Source: a virus | Taxonomy: Duplodnaviria > Heunggongvirae > Uroviricota > Caudoviricetes | Virus record (IMG/VR): IMGVR_UViG_3300034093_001947 | Reading direction: 5' to 3' (one strand) | DNA length: 64,000 nt | Shown: in pieces, positions 1-8,878 of the stretch | How positions within the stretch are numbered: position 1 is the stretch's first letter | Layout: every line of letters starts with the position of its first letter | The notes under the pieces: generated by a model | Database searches by the model: none | What the model was told of the DNA's origin: nothing | What the model saw: only the letters and a program-made list of their open reading frames with translations | Made by a program: the position numbers and the translations under genes

Positions 1-246
1 CCAGAACTCAATCGTTATACCAAGGTAGCACCTAATGTAGGCGATGTGCCTCCTATTAGCCAAGAACTTGCTGACCAGTGCCATAAGATGTTACAATTAG
101 ACGACGCTGGAAATATTGCCTACGACATCGTGGGTATAAAAGGACATGGAGTAGTAGCTATTGATACAACACCGTGGCGTGCCTATGAGCACATAGAAAG
201 ATTAGAACATATTTGCAAGATCGTACTTGCATCAGGAAAATATTAA
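1..246 (+). CDS. partial CDS (3' end) running off the window start; stop overlaps the nrdB start
   Basis: Frame 1 is open from base 1 to the stop at 244-246. The position immediately upstream of the RNR small subunit suggests the nrdA C-terminus, but there is no recognisable motif. Confidence 0.3.
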   Translation, partial: PELNRYTKVAPNVGDVPPISQELADQCHKMLQLDDAGNIAYDIVGIKGHGVVAIDTTPWRAYEHIERLEHICKIVLASGKY

Positions 247-1346
247 TGAGCAAAGAACAATACAACTTATCAAAACAAACAAACTATCTAAAACGTACAA
301 TGTTTTTGGATCCTGCCGGTCCGGTAACAGTACAGCGTTTCGAAGAAGTCAAATATCCTAAGATTGCTAAGTATGAAGAACTGGCACGTGGATTCTTTTG
401 GGTACCAGAAGAAATCAGTCTTACCAAAGACAAGATAGATCACAAGGAAGCTAGTGATGCAGTCAAGCATATCTTTACCAGCAACTTGTTAAGACAAACG
501 GCATTGGACAGTATTCAAGGTCGTGCTCCTAATCAAGTATTCCAACCCGTAATTAGCTTGCCTGAACTCGAAGCACTTGTGAGTAACTGGAGTTTCTTTG
601 AAACTAACATTCACAGTAAGAGCTACAGTCATATTATTAGGAACGTATATGGAGTACCTAAAGAAGAGTTTAACAAGATTCACGACACGGCTGAAATTGT
701 TGGTATGGCTGCTAACATTGGTCGTTACTATGAGGATCTACATCAGCTTAACTGTCGTAAAGAGTTGGGAGAAGTCGTTGATACAATGCTTCACAAGCGA
801 GCCATTTGGATGGCATTACACGCAAGCTATGCATTGGAGGCTCTACGTTTCATGGTGAGCTTTGCTACCAGTCTGGCCATGGTCGAAAACAAGATCTATA
901 TCGGCAACGGCAATATTATCAGCTTGATCCTGCAAGACGAGTTGTTACACACAGAATGGACTGCTTGGCTTATCAACAATGTAACCAAAGATGATCCAGA
1001 CTTTGTTAAACTAGAAGAAGAATGTGCAGACGAAGTATATTCACTATACGTAGAAGTTATTCGCGAAGAAAAGGAATGGGCTGAGTTCTTATTTAAGAAA
1101 GGTGTAGTTATCGGATTGAACGCCAACATATTGAAAGACTTTGTAGATTTTACAGCGTTTACTAGACTAAAAGAAATTGGAATCAAGTACCTAGGAGAGC
1201 ATCCTAAATTTAGTCCTATCCCTTGGTTTAACAAACATGTAAACATCAACAAGAAGCAGACTGCACTACAGGAAAATGAATCAACTAACTATGTCATCGG
1301 CGTGATGTCAGACACAGTTGAGTACGAAGAACTACCTGATCTTTAA
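246..1346 (+). CDS. nrdB: ribonucleotide reductase class I small subunit (beta)
   Basis: Ferritin-like di-iron helices (…ALEALRFMVSFA…, …ELLHTEW…) and a length and layout typical of T4-type NrdB. The start was moved to the ATG at 246, which has an AGGAAAA RBS; the 213 start overlaps the upstream ORF. Confidence 0.8.
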   Translation: MSKEQYNLSKQTNYLKRTMFLDPAGPVTVQRFEEVKYPKIAKYEELARGFFWVPEEISLTKDKIDHKEASDAVKHIFTSNLLRQTALDSIQGRAPNQVFQPVISLPELEALVSNWSFFETNIHSKSYSHIIRNVYGVPKEEFNKIHDTAEIVGMAANIGRYYEDLHQLNCRKELGEVVDTMLHKRAIWMALHASYALEALRFMVSFATSLAMVENKIYIGNGNIISLILQDELLHTEWTAWLINNVTKDDPDFVKLEEECADEVYSLYVEVIREEKEWAEFLFKKGVVIGLNANILKDFVDFTAFTRLKEIGIKYLGEHPKFSPIPWFNKHVNINKKQTALQENESTNYVIGVMSDTVEYEELPDL

Positions 1347-1362
1347 TTTCACCAAAACACAA

Positions 1363-1389
1363 AAAGGCCTTGCTATGAGGCCTTTTTTC
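1363..1389 (+). terminator. rho-independent terminator after nrdB
   Basis: Hairpin AAGGCC-ttgctatg-AGGCCTT followed by a TTTTT run. Confidence 0.7.
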
Positions 1390-1419
1390 GTCTAAACTTA
1401 ACACAAAGGAATTATAACT

Positions 1420-1662
1420 ATGAAAGTAACCGTATGGAGTAAAACACCCTGTCCGATTTGTGATCAAGCTAAAGCTCTGTTAAAGCAGCGTGGCATTGAC
1501 TATGAAGAACGCAACATCACTGAAGGCACATGGACCAAAGAACAGCTATTAGAAGCTGTGCCCAATGCTAGAACAGTTCCACAGATTTTTATCAATGAAC
1601 AATTAGTAGGCGGATTTAATGAGCTCAGAAATCATTTCCAAAATCAAGCCAGTGGAGTATGA
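1420..1662 (+). CDS. glutaredoxin / NrdH-like redoxin
   Basis: CPIC active-site motif near the N-terminus, thioredoxin-fold length of 80 aa, and location next to the RNR gene. Confidence 0.7.
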   Translation: MKVTVWSKTPCPICDQAKALLKQRGIDYEERNITEGTWTKEQLLEAVPNARTVPQIFINEQLVGGFNELRNHFQNQASGV

Positions 1663-2095
1663 GTGGAAAGAGGATGATCTAACAATGAATGTTGGATTCT
1701 CAGCACAAGAAATAGATGATCTCTTAAAAACGTCCATGTCAAGTTATACCACAGGGGCTCAAGGATCGAGTCAAAATTCTTATACTATATCTACAGGTGC
1801 TGGTGCTAACGGCTCGTGGAATTCTAGTCCCTATGTTTTTACTACTAACAATACAAACATAGGAACTATTTCAAATGCAGGACTACATGTTACTAGCGAT
1901 GCGGAGTTCGATGGAGACATCAAATGGAAAGGTCGTAGTCTAGGAGACCTGCTAACTACTATTGAAAAGAGGTTAGCCATCCTAACTCCGGATCCTGCTA
2001 AGTTAGCACACTACGAGTCATTACAAAAAGCATATCAACACTACAAGACATTAGAAGCATTGTGTGAAACACCGTCAAAGAAAGAAGATAAATGA
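1619..2095 (+). CDS. hypothetical protein
   Basis: ORF with phage-like codon usage and no recognisable motif; the 5' end overlaps the glutaredoxin gene, so the start is uncertain. Confidence 0.4.
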   Translation: MSSEIISKIKPVEYEWKEDDLTMNVGFSAQEIDDLLKTSMSSYTTGAQGSSQNSYTISTGAGANGSWNSSPYVFTTNNTNIGTISNAGLHVTSDAEFDGDIKWKGRSLGDLLTTIEKRLAILTPDPAKLAHYESLQKAYQHYKTLEALCETPSKKEDK

Positions 2096-2763
2096 AAGTT
2101 AAATTAATTTCGTCAAGCAAGCCCAGTCGCGAAATGTACGACGAAGGTCTGATGGATGCACAAGAGCTGATTGCGTTCTGTGCTCGGGTTAGTAACCCCT
2201 CTAACCAATTCAACATGGATACTGCTGACAAGCTGATCCGTTATTTGATCAAGCATAAACATTGGTCGCCACTTGAAATGGTATCAGCCTGTTTAGAAAT
2301 CGAAACTACCCGTGACATTGCTCGACAGATCCTGCGTCACCGTAGTTTCAGCTTCCAGGAGTTTAGTCAACGCTATGCAGATCCAACCAAAGACCTTGAC
2401 TTTGTTATCCGTGAAGCACGACTACAGGATACAAAGAATCGCCAGAACAGTGTTACCACTGATGATCATGAATTAATGGCTGAATGGAATCGCAGACAAC
2501 ATCAGGTTATCAACCTTGTCAAAGAAAATTATGCATGGGCCATTGAAAACGGCATTGCTAAAGAGCAGGCCCGTGCTATTCTACCAGAAGGCAACACAGT
2601 CAGTCGCTTGTATATGAACGGCACACTACGCTCATGGATTCACTTTATTGATCTACGTAGCGGCAATGGTACCCAGCTAGAGCACATGGAAGTTGCACGT
2701 GAGTGTGCTCGAGTAATTGCTGAAATCTTTCCAATGGCTACTGAGTATGTCCAGCCCCAGTGA
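2092..2763 (+). CDS. thyX: FAD-dependent thymidylate synthase
   Basis: ThyX signature RHRSFSFQEFSQRY (RHR…S.RY). Confidence 0.85.
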   Translation: MKVKLISSSKPSREMYDEGLMDAQELIAFCARVSNPSNQFNMDTADKLIRYLIKHKHWSPLEMVSACLEIETTRDIARQILRHRSFSFQEFSQRYADPTKDLDFVIREARLQDTKNRQNSVTTDDHELMAEWNRRQHQVINLVKENYAWAIENGIAKEQARAILPEGNTVSRLYMNGTLRSWIHFIDLRSGNGTQLEHMEVARECARVIAEIFPMATEYVQPQ

Positions 2764-3139
2764 TACGCTGAAAAAGTTTGCGGCTGAACACAATGTTCGA
2801 GTCATTGACTCAAATAAACGTGCCTACAAACATACTCGGGCTAATGTAAATCTATTTCATTATGAGACTGACTATAACAAGTTTCTTCAAGAGCATATAA
2901 CTTTTGAAACTGAAACTCTTTACACAGTTGAGATCAGTGAAAGTGAATTAGAACGCATTGCCGAGTTTGAAAGTCAGGTGTTCAACCATATGAAAAGTAA
3001 GGGTCATTATAATATGTTCGAAACCCTTATGGAACAAAAAGAACGTGAGCGAGCACTGCGTGATACATATCCAGCAGTTCGTAAAGCGTACGAACAATAT
3101 AGTCTAATGTTAAAATTAGCTCAGTCTGGAGAACTATGA
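2717..3139 (+). CDS. hypothetical protein
   Basis: ORF only. Confidence 0.4.
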   Translation: MLKSFQWLLSMSSPSDTLKKFAAEHNVRVIDSNKRAYKHTRANVNLFHYETDYNKFLQEHITFETETLYTVEISESELERIAEFESQVFNHMKSKGHYNMFETLMEQKERERALRDTYPAVRKAYEQYSLMLKLAQSGEL

Positions 3140-3606
3140 GTAATGTATCTAAGGGAAGAAATAGTTTTGATTCGACATCAACTGACATAACTATTGCTTT
3201 CATTAATAGGAACATTACTCCGTATCCTACAGAAGCAGGTGGTCCTAAATTTGATCTTGTTCCAGTAACTAAACATAAAGATATTATGCTCAATAACGCT
3301 AGGCATTTTGCCCAGCAAGAGTATAACAGAATTATGGAATTAGTTACTGTGCTACAAAAGCAAGCAAACGAGATTAAACGAAGATTAGAAGTTACTGATG
3401 CTGTTCATGCAGCTGAATATCAGTTTCAACTAAGTATAGGTCAATGTTATTGGTTAGTGTGGGATACAAGAAAACAAAAAACACTGTTGGTTCATTTAGG
3501 ACCTACAGAATGGAGCACAGGAAAACCTGACGATTACGAATATGTAACTCAGGTCAAGTTTATGGGAGACCATACTTGGATAGAAATTAATCAAAAGGAA
3601 ACATAA
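3136..3606 (+). CDS. hypothetical protein
   Basis: ORF only; ATGA start/stop overlap with the upstream gene. Confidence 0.4.
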   Translation: MSNVSKGRNSFDSTSTDITIAFINRNITPYPTEAGGPKFDLVPVTKHKDIMLNNARHFAQQEYNRIMELVTVLQKQANEIKRRLEVTDAVHAAEYQFQLSIGQCYWLVWDTRKQKTLLVHLGPTEWSTGKPDDYEYVTQVKFMGDHTWIEINQKET

Positions 3607-3893
3607 TGTTAATCGAAAAACCAATGTCCGAAGGGGACGTAGTCAGTATCAAGTTAATCAACGGTGATGAACTAATTGCACGTTTAGAAAAAGATGACCA
3701 GCACGGTTATACCATTAATAGACCGCTTGCACTCACAATGAGTGGCGGCGGCCTAGGTATGATTCCTTGGGTATTTCTTGGTGCAAAAGAAACAATGACT
3801 TTGAAAAAAGAACATGTGTTTATTGTGATGGCAGCTAAGAAAGAAGCAGCAGATCAGTATATGCAAGGCACCACTGGCATTGCATTGATGTAA
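3606..3893 (+). CDS. hypothetical protein
   Basis: ORF only; ATAATG overlap with the upstream stop. Confidence 0.4.
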   Translation: MLIEKPMSEGDVVSIKLINGDELIARLEKDDQHGYTINRPLALTMSGGGLGMIPWVFLGAKETMTLKKEHVFIVMAAKKEAADQYMQGTTGIALM

Positions 3894-3914
3894 ATACTAG
3901 TTTAGGATATTATT

Positions 3915-4193
3915 ATGGAGCCAACAATCGTTTCTACAAGCACGGGAAGTATATCAATCGCATATGACTACAGTCCGTACCTTGAAAGAATTGCATCATC
4001 ATTAGAAAGAATTGCAACAGCATCTACTACCACTGGCATACGTCATGTCGGCCCGTACGATTGGGTGGCCCCTACAGAAATTTATGATTGGTATAGGCAA
4101 GATTTAAGTTCGTTGATTTCTTCAACTGCAACTATTAATACATTATTTGCAAATATTAGTACTATAACAAATAATTTGCCTAGATTTTTATAA
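3915..4193 (+). CDS. hypothetical protein
   Basis: ORF only. Confidence 0.35.
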   Translation: MEPTIVSTSTGSISIAYDYSPYLERIASSLERIATASTTTGIRHVGPYDWVAPTEIYDWYRQDLSSLISSTATINTLFANISTITNNLPRFL

Positions 4194-4202
4194 GGAATTG
4201 AA

Positions 4203-5024
4203 ATGCCATACGTACAAGGTGCAAGAGTTCACGGAGTAGTACACATTGCTGATGTGTATCGTAGCCCCAATGTTTTTACAAATAATGTTGCAACAGCATT
4301 ATGGTTAGAAGCTGGAACCAGTGCTGGCTTTGTTGGTATTGCTATTAATGCACCGCCATCGTTAGATCCAGCAGAGGCTGCTGCGGCAGTTGACCTTACC
4401 ACTGCCTATACCAGCAATCCTGATAGTTTTTATAATCCAGCGGCTGCGACTGACGGTGTAAAAGCTAACTTTCCCGGTACTCCTGAAGATACTACTACGT
4501 CAACTGGTATTACAGATGTTGCTACTGCTTCAGGTATTGTTCCTTTCTTAGCAGCTACTCTAGAAGAAGCAGGTCGAGGTATGTGGAGAGAAAGTGGCCA
4601 GGCTGGCGGGACCAGTAATAAAAATATCTTAAAGATATGGACAGCACTGGGGTTCTCTGGCAGTCCCTGGAATACCGACCAAACTGCATGGTGTATGGGA
4701 TTTGTTAACTTTGCATTAAAATGCTCAGGTAAACAATATGTGCAAACAGCCAGTGCAAAAGCTATTAAGCAAAATCCAGAGAGATGGGGTGCTACACAAG
4801 TTACACCTGCAACAGCACAGCCGGGTGACATTGTACTTTGGAAGTATAGTCATGTGAACTTTATCTATACCTTGAATGGTGGCAAAGCTACATTTGTTGG
4901 TGGCAATCAAACTCCTACGTCCGGCAAGAATAATAACCCCAGTGACGGAGATGTTACCATCAGTTACGCTGGTGGATCGCCATTAACTAATAACAACATT
5001 GACAGTATCTGGCGAGTAGCCTAA
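4203..5024 (+). CDS. CHAP-domain peptidoglycan hydrolase-like protein
   Basis: C-terminal region has a Cys (…TAWCMGFVNFAL…) and a downstream His (…YSHVNFIY…) spaced like the CHAP Cys-His pair. The N-terminus is Ala/Thr-rich. Confidence 0.5.
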   Translation: MPYVQGARVHGVVHIADVYRSPNVFTNNVATALWLEAGTSAGFVGIAINAPPSLDPAEAAAAVDLTTAYTSNPDSFYNPAAATDGVKANFPGTPEDTTTSTGITDVATASGIVPFLAATLEEAGRGMWRESGQAGGTSNKNILKIWTALGFSGSPWNTDQTAWCMGFVNFALKCSGKQYVQTASAKAIKQNPERWGATQVTPATAQPGDIVLWKYSHVNFIYTLNGGKATFVGGNQTPTSGKNNNPSDGDVTISYAGGSPLTNNNIDSIWRVA

Positions 5025-5560
5025 TGAAACAAAAATTTATCGATATGTATATGGATTGGGCAGAACGCACTGCTCAACTAAGCCACGCTCGTAGACTACA
5101 AGTCGGTGCTGTGATTGTTAAAGACGATAGTGTTATCAGCTACGGCTATAACGGCATGCCTTCTGGGTGGGACAACGATTGTGAAGACAAAGACTATATG
5201 AGTCGCGATGCGGGTGGCTGGTTAGACCCTGAAGAAATTTACGAAAGATGGCCTTTTGAAGAAACAGTAGTAGTCGCAAACGACAATGAAAGTTTTGAAA
5301 CATCTATGCGTTATCGACTTAAAACTAAACCAGAGGTCCTTCATGCTGAATCCAATGCAATTGCTAAGTTGGCCAAGTCTATCAACAGTGGTAACGGTGC
5401 TGGTATTTTCATTACTCATGCTCCGTGTATCGATTGTGCAAAACTCATATATCAAAGCGGTATCAGTAGTGTATACTATCGCAGTAGCTATCGTGATATT
5501 TCGGGGATCGAGTTTTTAGAAAAATCCGGAGTAAAAGTAGAACAGGTTGATAATAAATAA
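5024..5560 (+). CDS. cd: dCMP deaminase
   Basis: Cytidine/dCMP deaminase zinc motifs HAESNAI (HAE) and PCIDCA (PCxxC). Confidence 0.85.
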   Translation: MKQKFIDMYMDWAERTAQLSHARRLQVGAVIVKDDSVISYGYNGMPSGWDNDCEDKDYMSRDAGGWLDPEEIYERWPFEETVVVANDNESFETSMRYRLKTKPEVLHAESNAIAKLAKSINSGNGAGIFITHAPCIDCAKLIYQSGISSVYYRSSYRDISGIEFLEKSGVKVEQVDNK

Positions 5561-5615
5561 TTTGCCTGTCAAGCATCTGGACATAGTCCAGTTAGACATG
5601 TTGGGCGAGGACTTC

Positions 5616-5644
5616 TTGACAGCCTCGTCAAAATGTAGTATAAT
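5616..5644 (+). promoter_or_regulatory. consensus sigma70-type promoter upstream of the tmRNA
   Basis: TTGACA (5616-5621), a 17-nt spacer, then TATAAT (5639-5644). Confidence 0.65.
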
Positions 5645-5650
5645 TTAAGT

Positions 5651-6025
5651 TAAGACTGTATGAAGTAGACAGAAAAGGATTCAAGACGCGGGGGCAGTGC
5701 CCGCCAGGTCCACCATAAAACACATTAGCCTGACTGAAACGGGCATCGAGTACGTGGAACGTGGAAGAAGGTTCGATTCCTTCATACTCAATTTCAGTAG
5801 TGTGTTTTATAATGGGCCTGACACAGGATCGATTGGGTCACAAGTATTGAAATGGACAGTCCGGCAATGTAGAAGCCGTTAGGATTGGGGTGACCCGGTC
5901 GCAGAAGCAAAACAAAGTAACCGCAAACGACTCACAGTTCGCATTAGCTGCCTAAACTCAGCTTAGGGTAGTTATACCTCGTAACAGAAAATAACAGAAA
6001 GCACCTTCGGGTGCTTTTCTTTTGA
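5651..6025 (+). ncRNA. ssrA: tmRNA (SsrA), probably two-piece/permuted; tag peptide ANDSQFALAA
   Basis: In-frame tag GCA AAC GAC TCA CAG TTC GCA TTA GCT GCC TAA (5923-5955) encodes A-N-D-S-Q-F-A-L-A-A-stop. A tRNA-like 3' end, GACGCGGGGGCAGTGCCCGCCAGGTCCACCA (5686-5714), closely matches the E. coli tmRNA 3' end GACGCGGGUUCAACUCCCGCCAGCUCCACCA but lies upstream of the tag. A candidate 5' acceptor strand GGGCCTG (5814-5820) pairs with CAGGTCC. A terminator closes the gene. Confidence 0.6.
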
Positions 6026-6026
6026 C
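6000..6026 (+). terminator. rho-independent terminator ending the tmRNA transcript
   Basis: Hairpin GCACC-TTCG-GGTGC followed by TTTTCTTTT. Confidence 0.7.
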
Positions 6027-6052
6027 TAAATATTTGTCAGGAGGACACAACC

Positions 6053-6211
6053 ATGAAACAGAGAAAGCTAGTAGCTAAACTGTACAGGGCTTGCGTCGAC
6101 CACGATGCCGAGAAACAATACGAACTTCGTTTAAAAGAGTTCGCCAAAATCTTGAAACACAAGGCCGAAGGCAAACCGTTTACACACAAATGGACTTTGG
6201 TAAGGATTTAA
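6053..6211 (+). CDS. small hypothetical protein (52 aa)
   Basis: ATG preceded by AGGAGG. Encodes MKQRKLVAKLYRACVDHDAEKQYELRLKEF…, below the 60-aa cutoff of the ORF track. Confidence 0.45.
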   Translation: MKQRKLVAKLYRACVDHDAEKQYELRLKEFAKILKHKAEGKPFTHKWTLVRI

Positions 6212-6263
6212 GATTGTAATACAACTGTAATCTTTTAAACATAATACTACGATAAATATTGCT

Positions 6264-7148
6264 ATGCAAAAAACTTATCGTAGTATTTTTGTGAGTGATG
6301 TCCATTTAGGTACAAAAGACTGTAAGGCGGAACAGCTCAATAATTTTCTCAAGCATAATAGTTGTGATACACTATATCTTGTAGGCGATATCATCGACGC
6401 TTGGAAAATACAACAAAACAAATGGCGTTGGAAACAGAGCCACACTAATGTGGTACGCAGAGTACTAGGACACGCCAAGCGTGGCACCCGTGTTGTATTC
6501 ATAGCAGGCAATCACGATGAATTCTTAAGACCAATGATACCCTATGGTTTCAACTTTGGTCTAGTAGAAATACACAATCAAATAGAACATATAGGTGCAG
6601 ACGGCAAACACTATCTAGTCACTCATGGAGATCTGTTTGACGGCATTACCCGTCTTGCACCATGGATAGCATTCCTGGGAGACAAAGCCTATGACGTTGT
6701 TCTTACACTCAACAATAAGTTTAATTGGATTCGTCGCCGTATGGGTTTTGGGTACTTTAGCCTTAGCCAGTATCTTAAGTACAAGGTTAAAAAAGCAGTA
6801 GACTTCGTGTTCAAATTTGAAGAGAACTTGGCCAACTATTGCAAGAAGCGTGGCTTCGACGGAGTTATCTGCGGACACATACATCACGCAGAGATAAAAG
6901 AAATCAACGGTGTCACATACATGAATGACGGTGATTGGGTCGAGTCATGCACAGCACTTGTAGAACATTGGGACGGACGTTGGGAAATAGTTACTTGGAC
7001 CAAGGAGAAAGATGATGTGGATAATGTTATTGTTAGCGATACATTCAAAAAATCCAAACGACATCCCGGGAAGAATAACATTAATGTTTCCGGATCAGAC
7101 ATCGTGCGAATCGATCCTGAAGACAATGTCGTATCAACTAAAGTTTGA
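6264..7148 (+). CDS. LpxH-like calcineurin-type metallophosphoesterase (UDP-2,3-diacylglucosamine pyrophosphatase family)
   Basis: Motifs SDVHLG, GDIIDAW, GNHDEF, THGDLFDG, GHIHHAEI and NDGDWVES match the LpxH family motif order. Confidence 0.65.
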   Translation: MQKTYRSIFVSDVHLGTKDCKAEQLNNFLKHNSCDTLYLVGDIIDAWKIQQNKWRWKQSHTNVVRRVLGHAKRGTRVVFIAGNHDEFLRPMIPYGFNFGLVEIHNQIEHIGADGKHYLVTHGDLFDGITRLAPWIAFLGDKAYDVVLTLNNKFNWIRRRMGFGYFSLSQYLKYKVKKAVDFVFKFEENLANYCKKRGFDGVICGHIHHAEIKEINGVTYMNDGDWVESCTALVEHWDGRWEIVTWTKEKDDVDNVIVSDTFKKSKRHPGKNNINVSGSDIVRIDPEDNVVSTKV

Positions 7149-7169
7149 AAATTTTAAGGTAGTAGGCGA

Positions 7170-7892
7170 ATGCAAGAAACAATGAAATTCAGTGATAAAA
7201 TTACTATTGTAATTCCTTGTAAGAATGAGGAAAATTACATTCCGTATCTATTAACGCACTTACGTAATCAAATGATAGGTAGTACCAGAATCATTATTGC
7301 AGATTGTTCAACGGACAACACTCGTGAAGTTATTCAAGTATCCAAGGGAAATCTCAATGTTGAAGTTATTGAAGGCGGCCCTGTTTCTACTGCCAAGAAC
7401 AACGGAGCACGGCTAGTTACTACTCCATATATTTTATTCATTGATGCTGATGTACGTTTCTTTAAGGATACGGTTATCCGGGATGCTGTTGCTGAAATAG
7501 AGTCAAAGAACTTAGATCTTATCGGACTAAACCTCAAATGCTATGATCAAGACATTCGAGCAAAGATCGGATTTACACTTTTTAACGTTATAAACAATAT
7601 TCTAAAATATTTCTCACCGTTTGCTATTGGTGCATTTATGCTAACTCGTAGAGATCGTTTTGAAGAACTAGGTGGGTTTCCTGAAAAAACAGTAACATCT
7701 GAGGACTATTTTTTATCTAGGCAGTATAGCCCTAAAAAATTCAAAATATTAAATCATTATTTTGGACAAGATAGTCGAAGGTTTAAGAAGATGGGATATT
7801 TTGGAATGGGATGGTATCTCATTAAAAACTTTATCAATCGTAATAATCAAGAATATTGGGACCGGTTAGATTCGTCAAAGTACTGGAACTAA
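7170..7892 (+). CDS. family 2 glycosyltransferase
   Basis: GT-A fold N-terminus (ITIVIPCKNEENYI…), a DxD-like motif (FIDADV) and a GT2 layout. Confidence 0.7.
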   Translation: MQETMKFSDKITIVIPCKNEENYIPYLLTHLRNQMIGSTRIIIADCSTDNTREVIQVSKGNLNVEVIEGGPVSTAKNNGARLVTTPYILFIDADVRFFKDTVIRDAVAEIESKNLDLIGLNLKCYDQDIRAKIGFTLFNVINNILKYFSPFAIGAFMLTRRDRFEELGGFPEKTVTSEDYFLSRQYSPKKFKILNHYFGQDSRRFKKMGYFGMGWYLIKNFINRNNQEYWDRLDSSKYWN

Positions 7893-7941
7893 TAAGATAC
7901 TCGCCTGCTGACGGCGTACAATGTGATAAGTAGTCAGCAGT

Positions 7942-7968
7942 AAACCCGCTTTGGCGGGTTTTCTTTTG
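7942..7968 (+). terminator. rho-independent terminator
   Basis: Hairpin AAACCCGC-tttg-GCGGGTTT followed by TCTTTT. Confidence 0.65.
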
Positions 7969-7991
7969 GCAACATTAGACTCAGATTTAGT

Positions 7992-8022
7992 TGACATCGG
8001 TGCTAATACTGATATATAATAG
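7992..8022 (+). promoter_or_regulatory. sigma70-like promoter upstream of the OMP gene
   Basis: TTGACA, a spacer of about 18 nt, then TATAAT (ttgacatcggtgctaatactgatatataat). Confidence 0.5.
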
Positions 8023-8062
8023 TAGATGATGAATTAATCATCTATTTTAAAGGAAATTAAAA

Positions 8063-8512
8063 ATGAAGAAAATCGCAATCGCATCTCTAATCGCAATGGC
8101 AGCAATGTCTGCATCCGCATTAGAAGTTGGTGTAACAGCCGCACGTGAGTACACAGGTACAAACACAGACGGTATGGGTATTACACTAGGTCAGAAGTTT
8201 GGCAAAGTTGGTGTCACTGCTGGATTTGAGCGTTTCACTAAGGAAGTCAACGACCAAGATCGATTGAGCCTAACAGCTGGTTACGATGTTGCAAAATTTG
8301 GTCCTGTAACAGTTACTCCAAAAGTCGGGGTTGCTCATCTCAGAAACTCTGCCGCAGTTGACGGCTATGCTCTAACACTCGGTGTTGGTGCAAGTGTTCC
8401 GTTAAACAAAACTGTTGACCTCACAGTTGATGCTCGTCGCCAATACGGTCAAGACCGTGTTAACGCATTTGACGGTAACACAGTTACCGCCGGACTAAAA
8501 GTTAAGTTCTGA
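8063..8512 (+). CDS. outer-membrane beta-barrel protein (OmpX/Ail/Lom-like, 8-stranded)
   Basis: Signal peptide (MKKIAIASLIAMAAMSASA), alternating amphipathic beta strands, a C-terminal …KVKF ending in Phe, and a size of 149 aa. Confidence 0.6.
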   Translation: MKKIAIASLIAMAAMSASALEVGVTAAREYTGTNTDGMGITLGQKFGKVGVTAGFERFTKEVNDQDRLSLTAGYDVAKFGPVTVTPKVGVAHLRNSAAVDGYALTLGVGASVPLNKTVDLTVDARRQYGQDRVNAFDGNTVTAGLKVKF

Positions 8513-8530
8513 TCTTAACTTTAGTAACCA

Positions 8531-8557
8531 AAAGGCTACTCTGGTAGCCTTTTTTTA
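8531..8557 (+). terminator. rho-independent terminator after the OMP gene
   Basis: Hairpin AAAGGCTAC-tctg-GTAGCCTTT followed by a TTTTTT run. Confidence 0.7.
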
Positions 8558-8571
8558 TGTTATAATATTTT

Positions 8572-8877
8572 ATGATTGGTATAGATATTACAAGAATATC
8601 TAGGTTTGAAAAAATGTCAAACTTAGAACAGTTTATCAAACGATTCAATGTGGACGGTACTACTGCTCTAGCGGCCGCAAAGACCTGGGCTTGTCTTGAA
8701 GCAGTTTACAAAGCAGAAGGCGGCAATGTTAACAGTGAGCAAATCAGAGTGCTGTTTCCAAAAAATTCTGCACCCAAGATTGTGGATGTTGATAACACCT
8801 TAAAGTATAACTACACAATGACACTTAGCCATGAAGACGATCTAGTGGTAGCAGTAGCATTCGGAACAAAGGAATAA
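8572..8877 (+). CDS. acpS: holo-[acyl-carrier-protein] synthase-like (4'-phosphopantetheinyl transferase)
   Basis: N-terminus MIGIDITRISRF resembles AcpS MxILGxGxDIVEIxRI. Internal …TWACLEAVYKAEGG… and C-terminal …MTLSHEDDLVVAVAFG match the AcpS layout at about 100 aa. Confidence 0.55.
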   Translation: MIGIDITRISRFEKMSNLEQFIKRFNVDGTTALAAAKTWACLEAVYKAEGGNVNSEQIRVLFPKNSAPKIVDVDNTLKYNYTMTLSHEDDLVVAVAFGTKE

Positions 8878-8878
8878 T

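Noticed and set aside
5697-5882. 61-aa ORF inside the 5560-6050 intergenic region
   Set aside because: It overlaps the tmRNA-like element (tRNA-like 3' end, acceptor strand and tag frame); the region is better explained as structured RNA.
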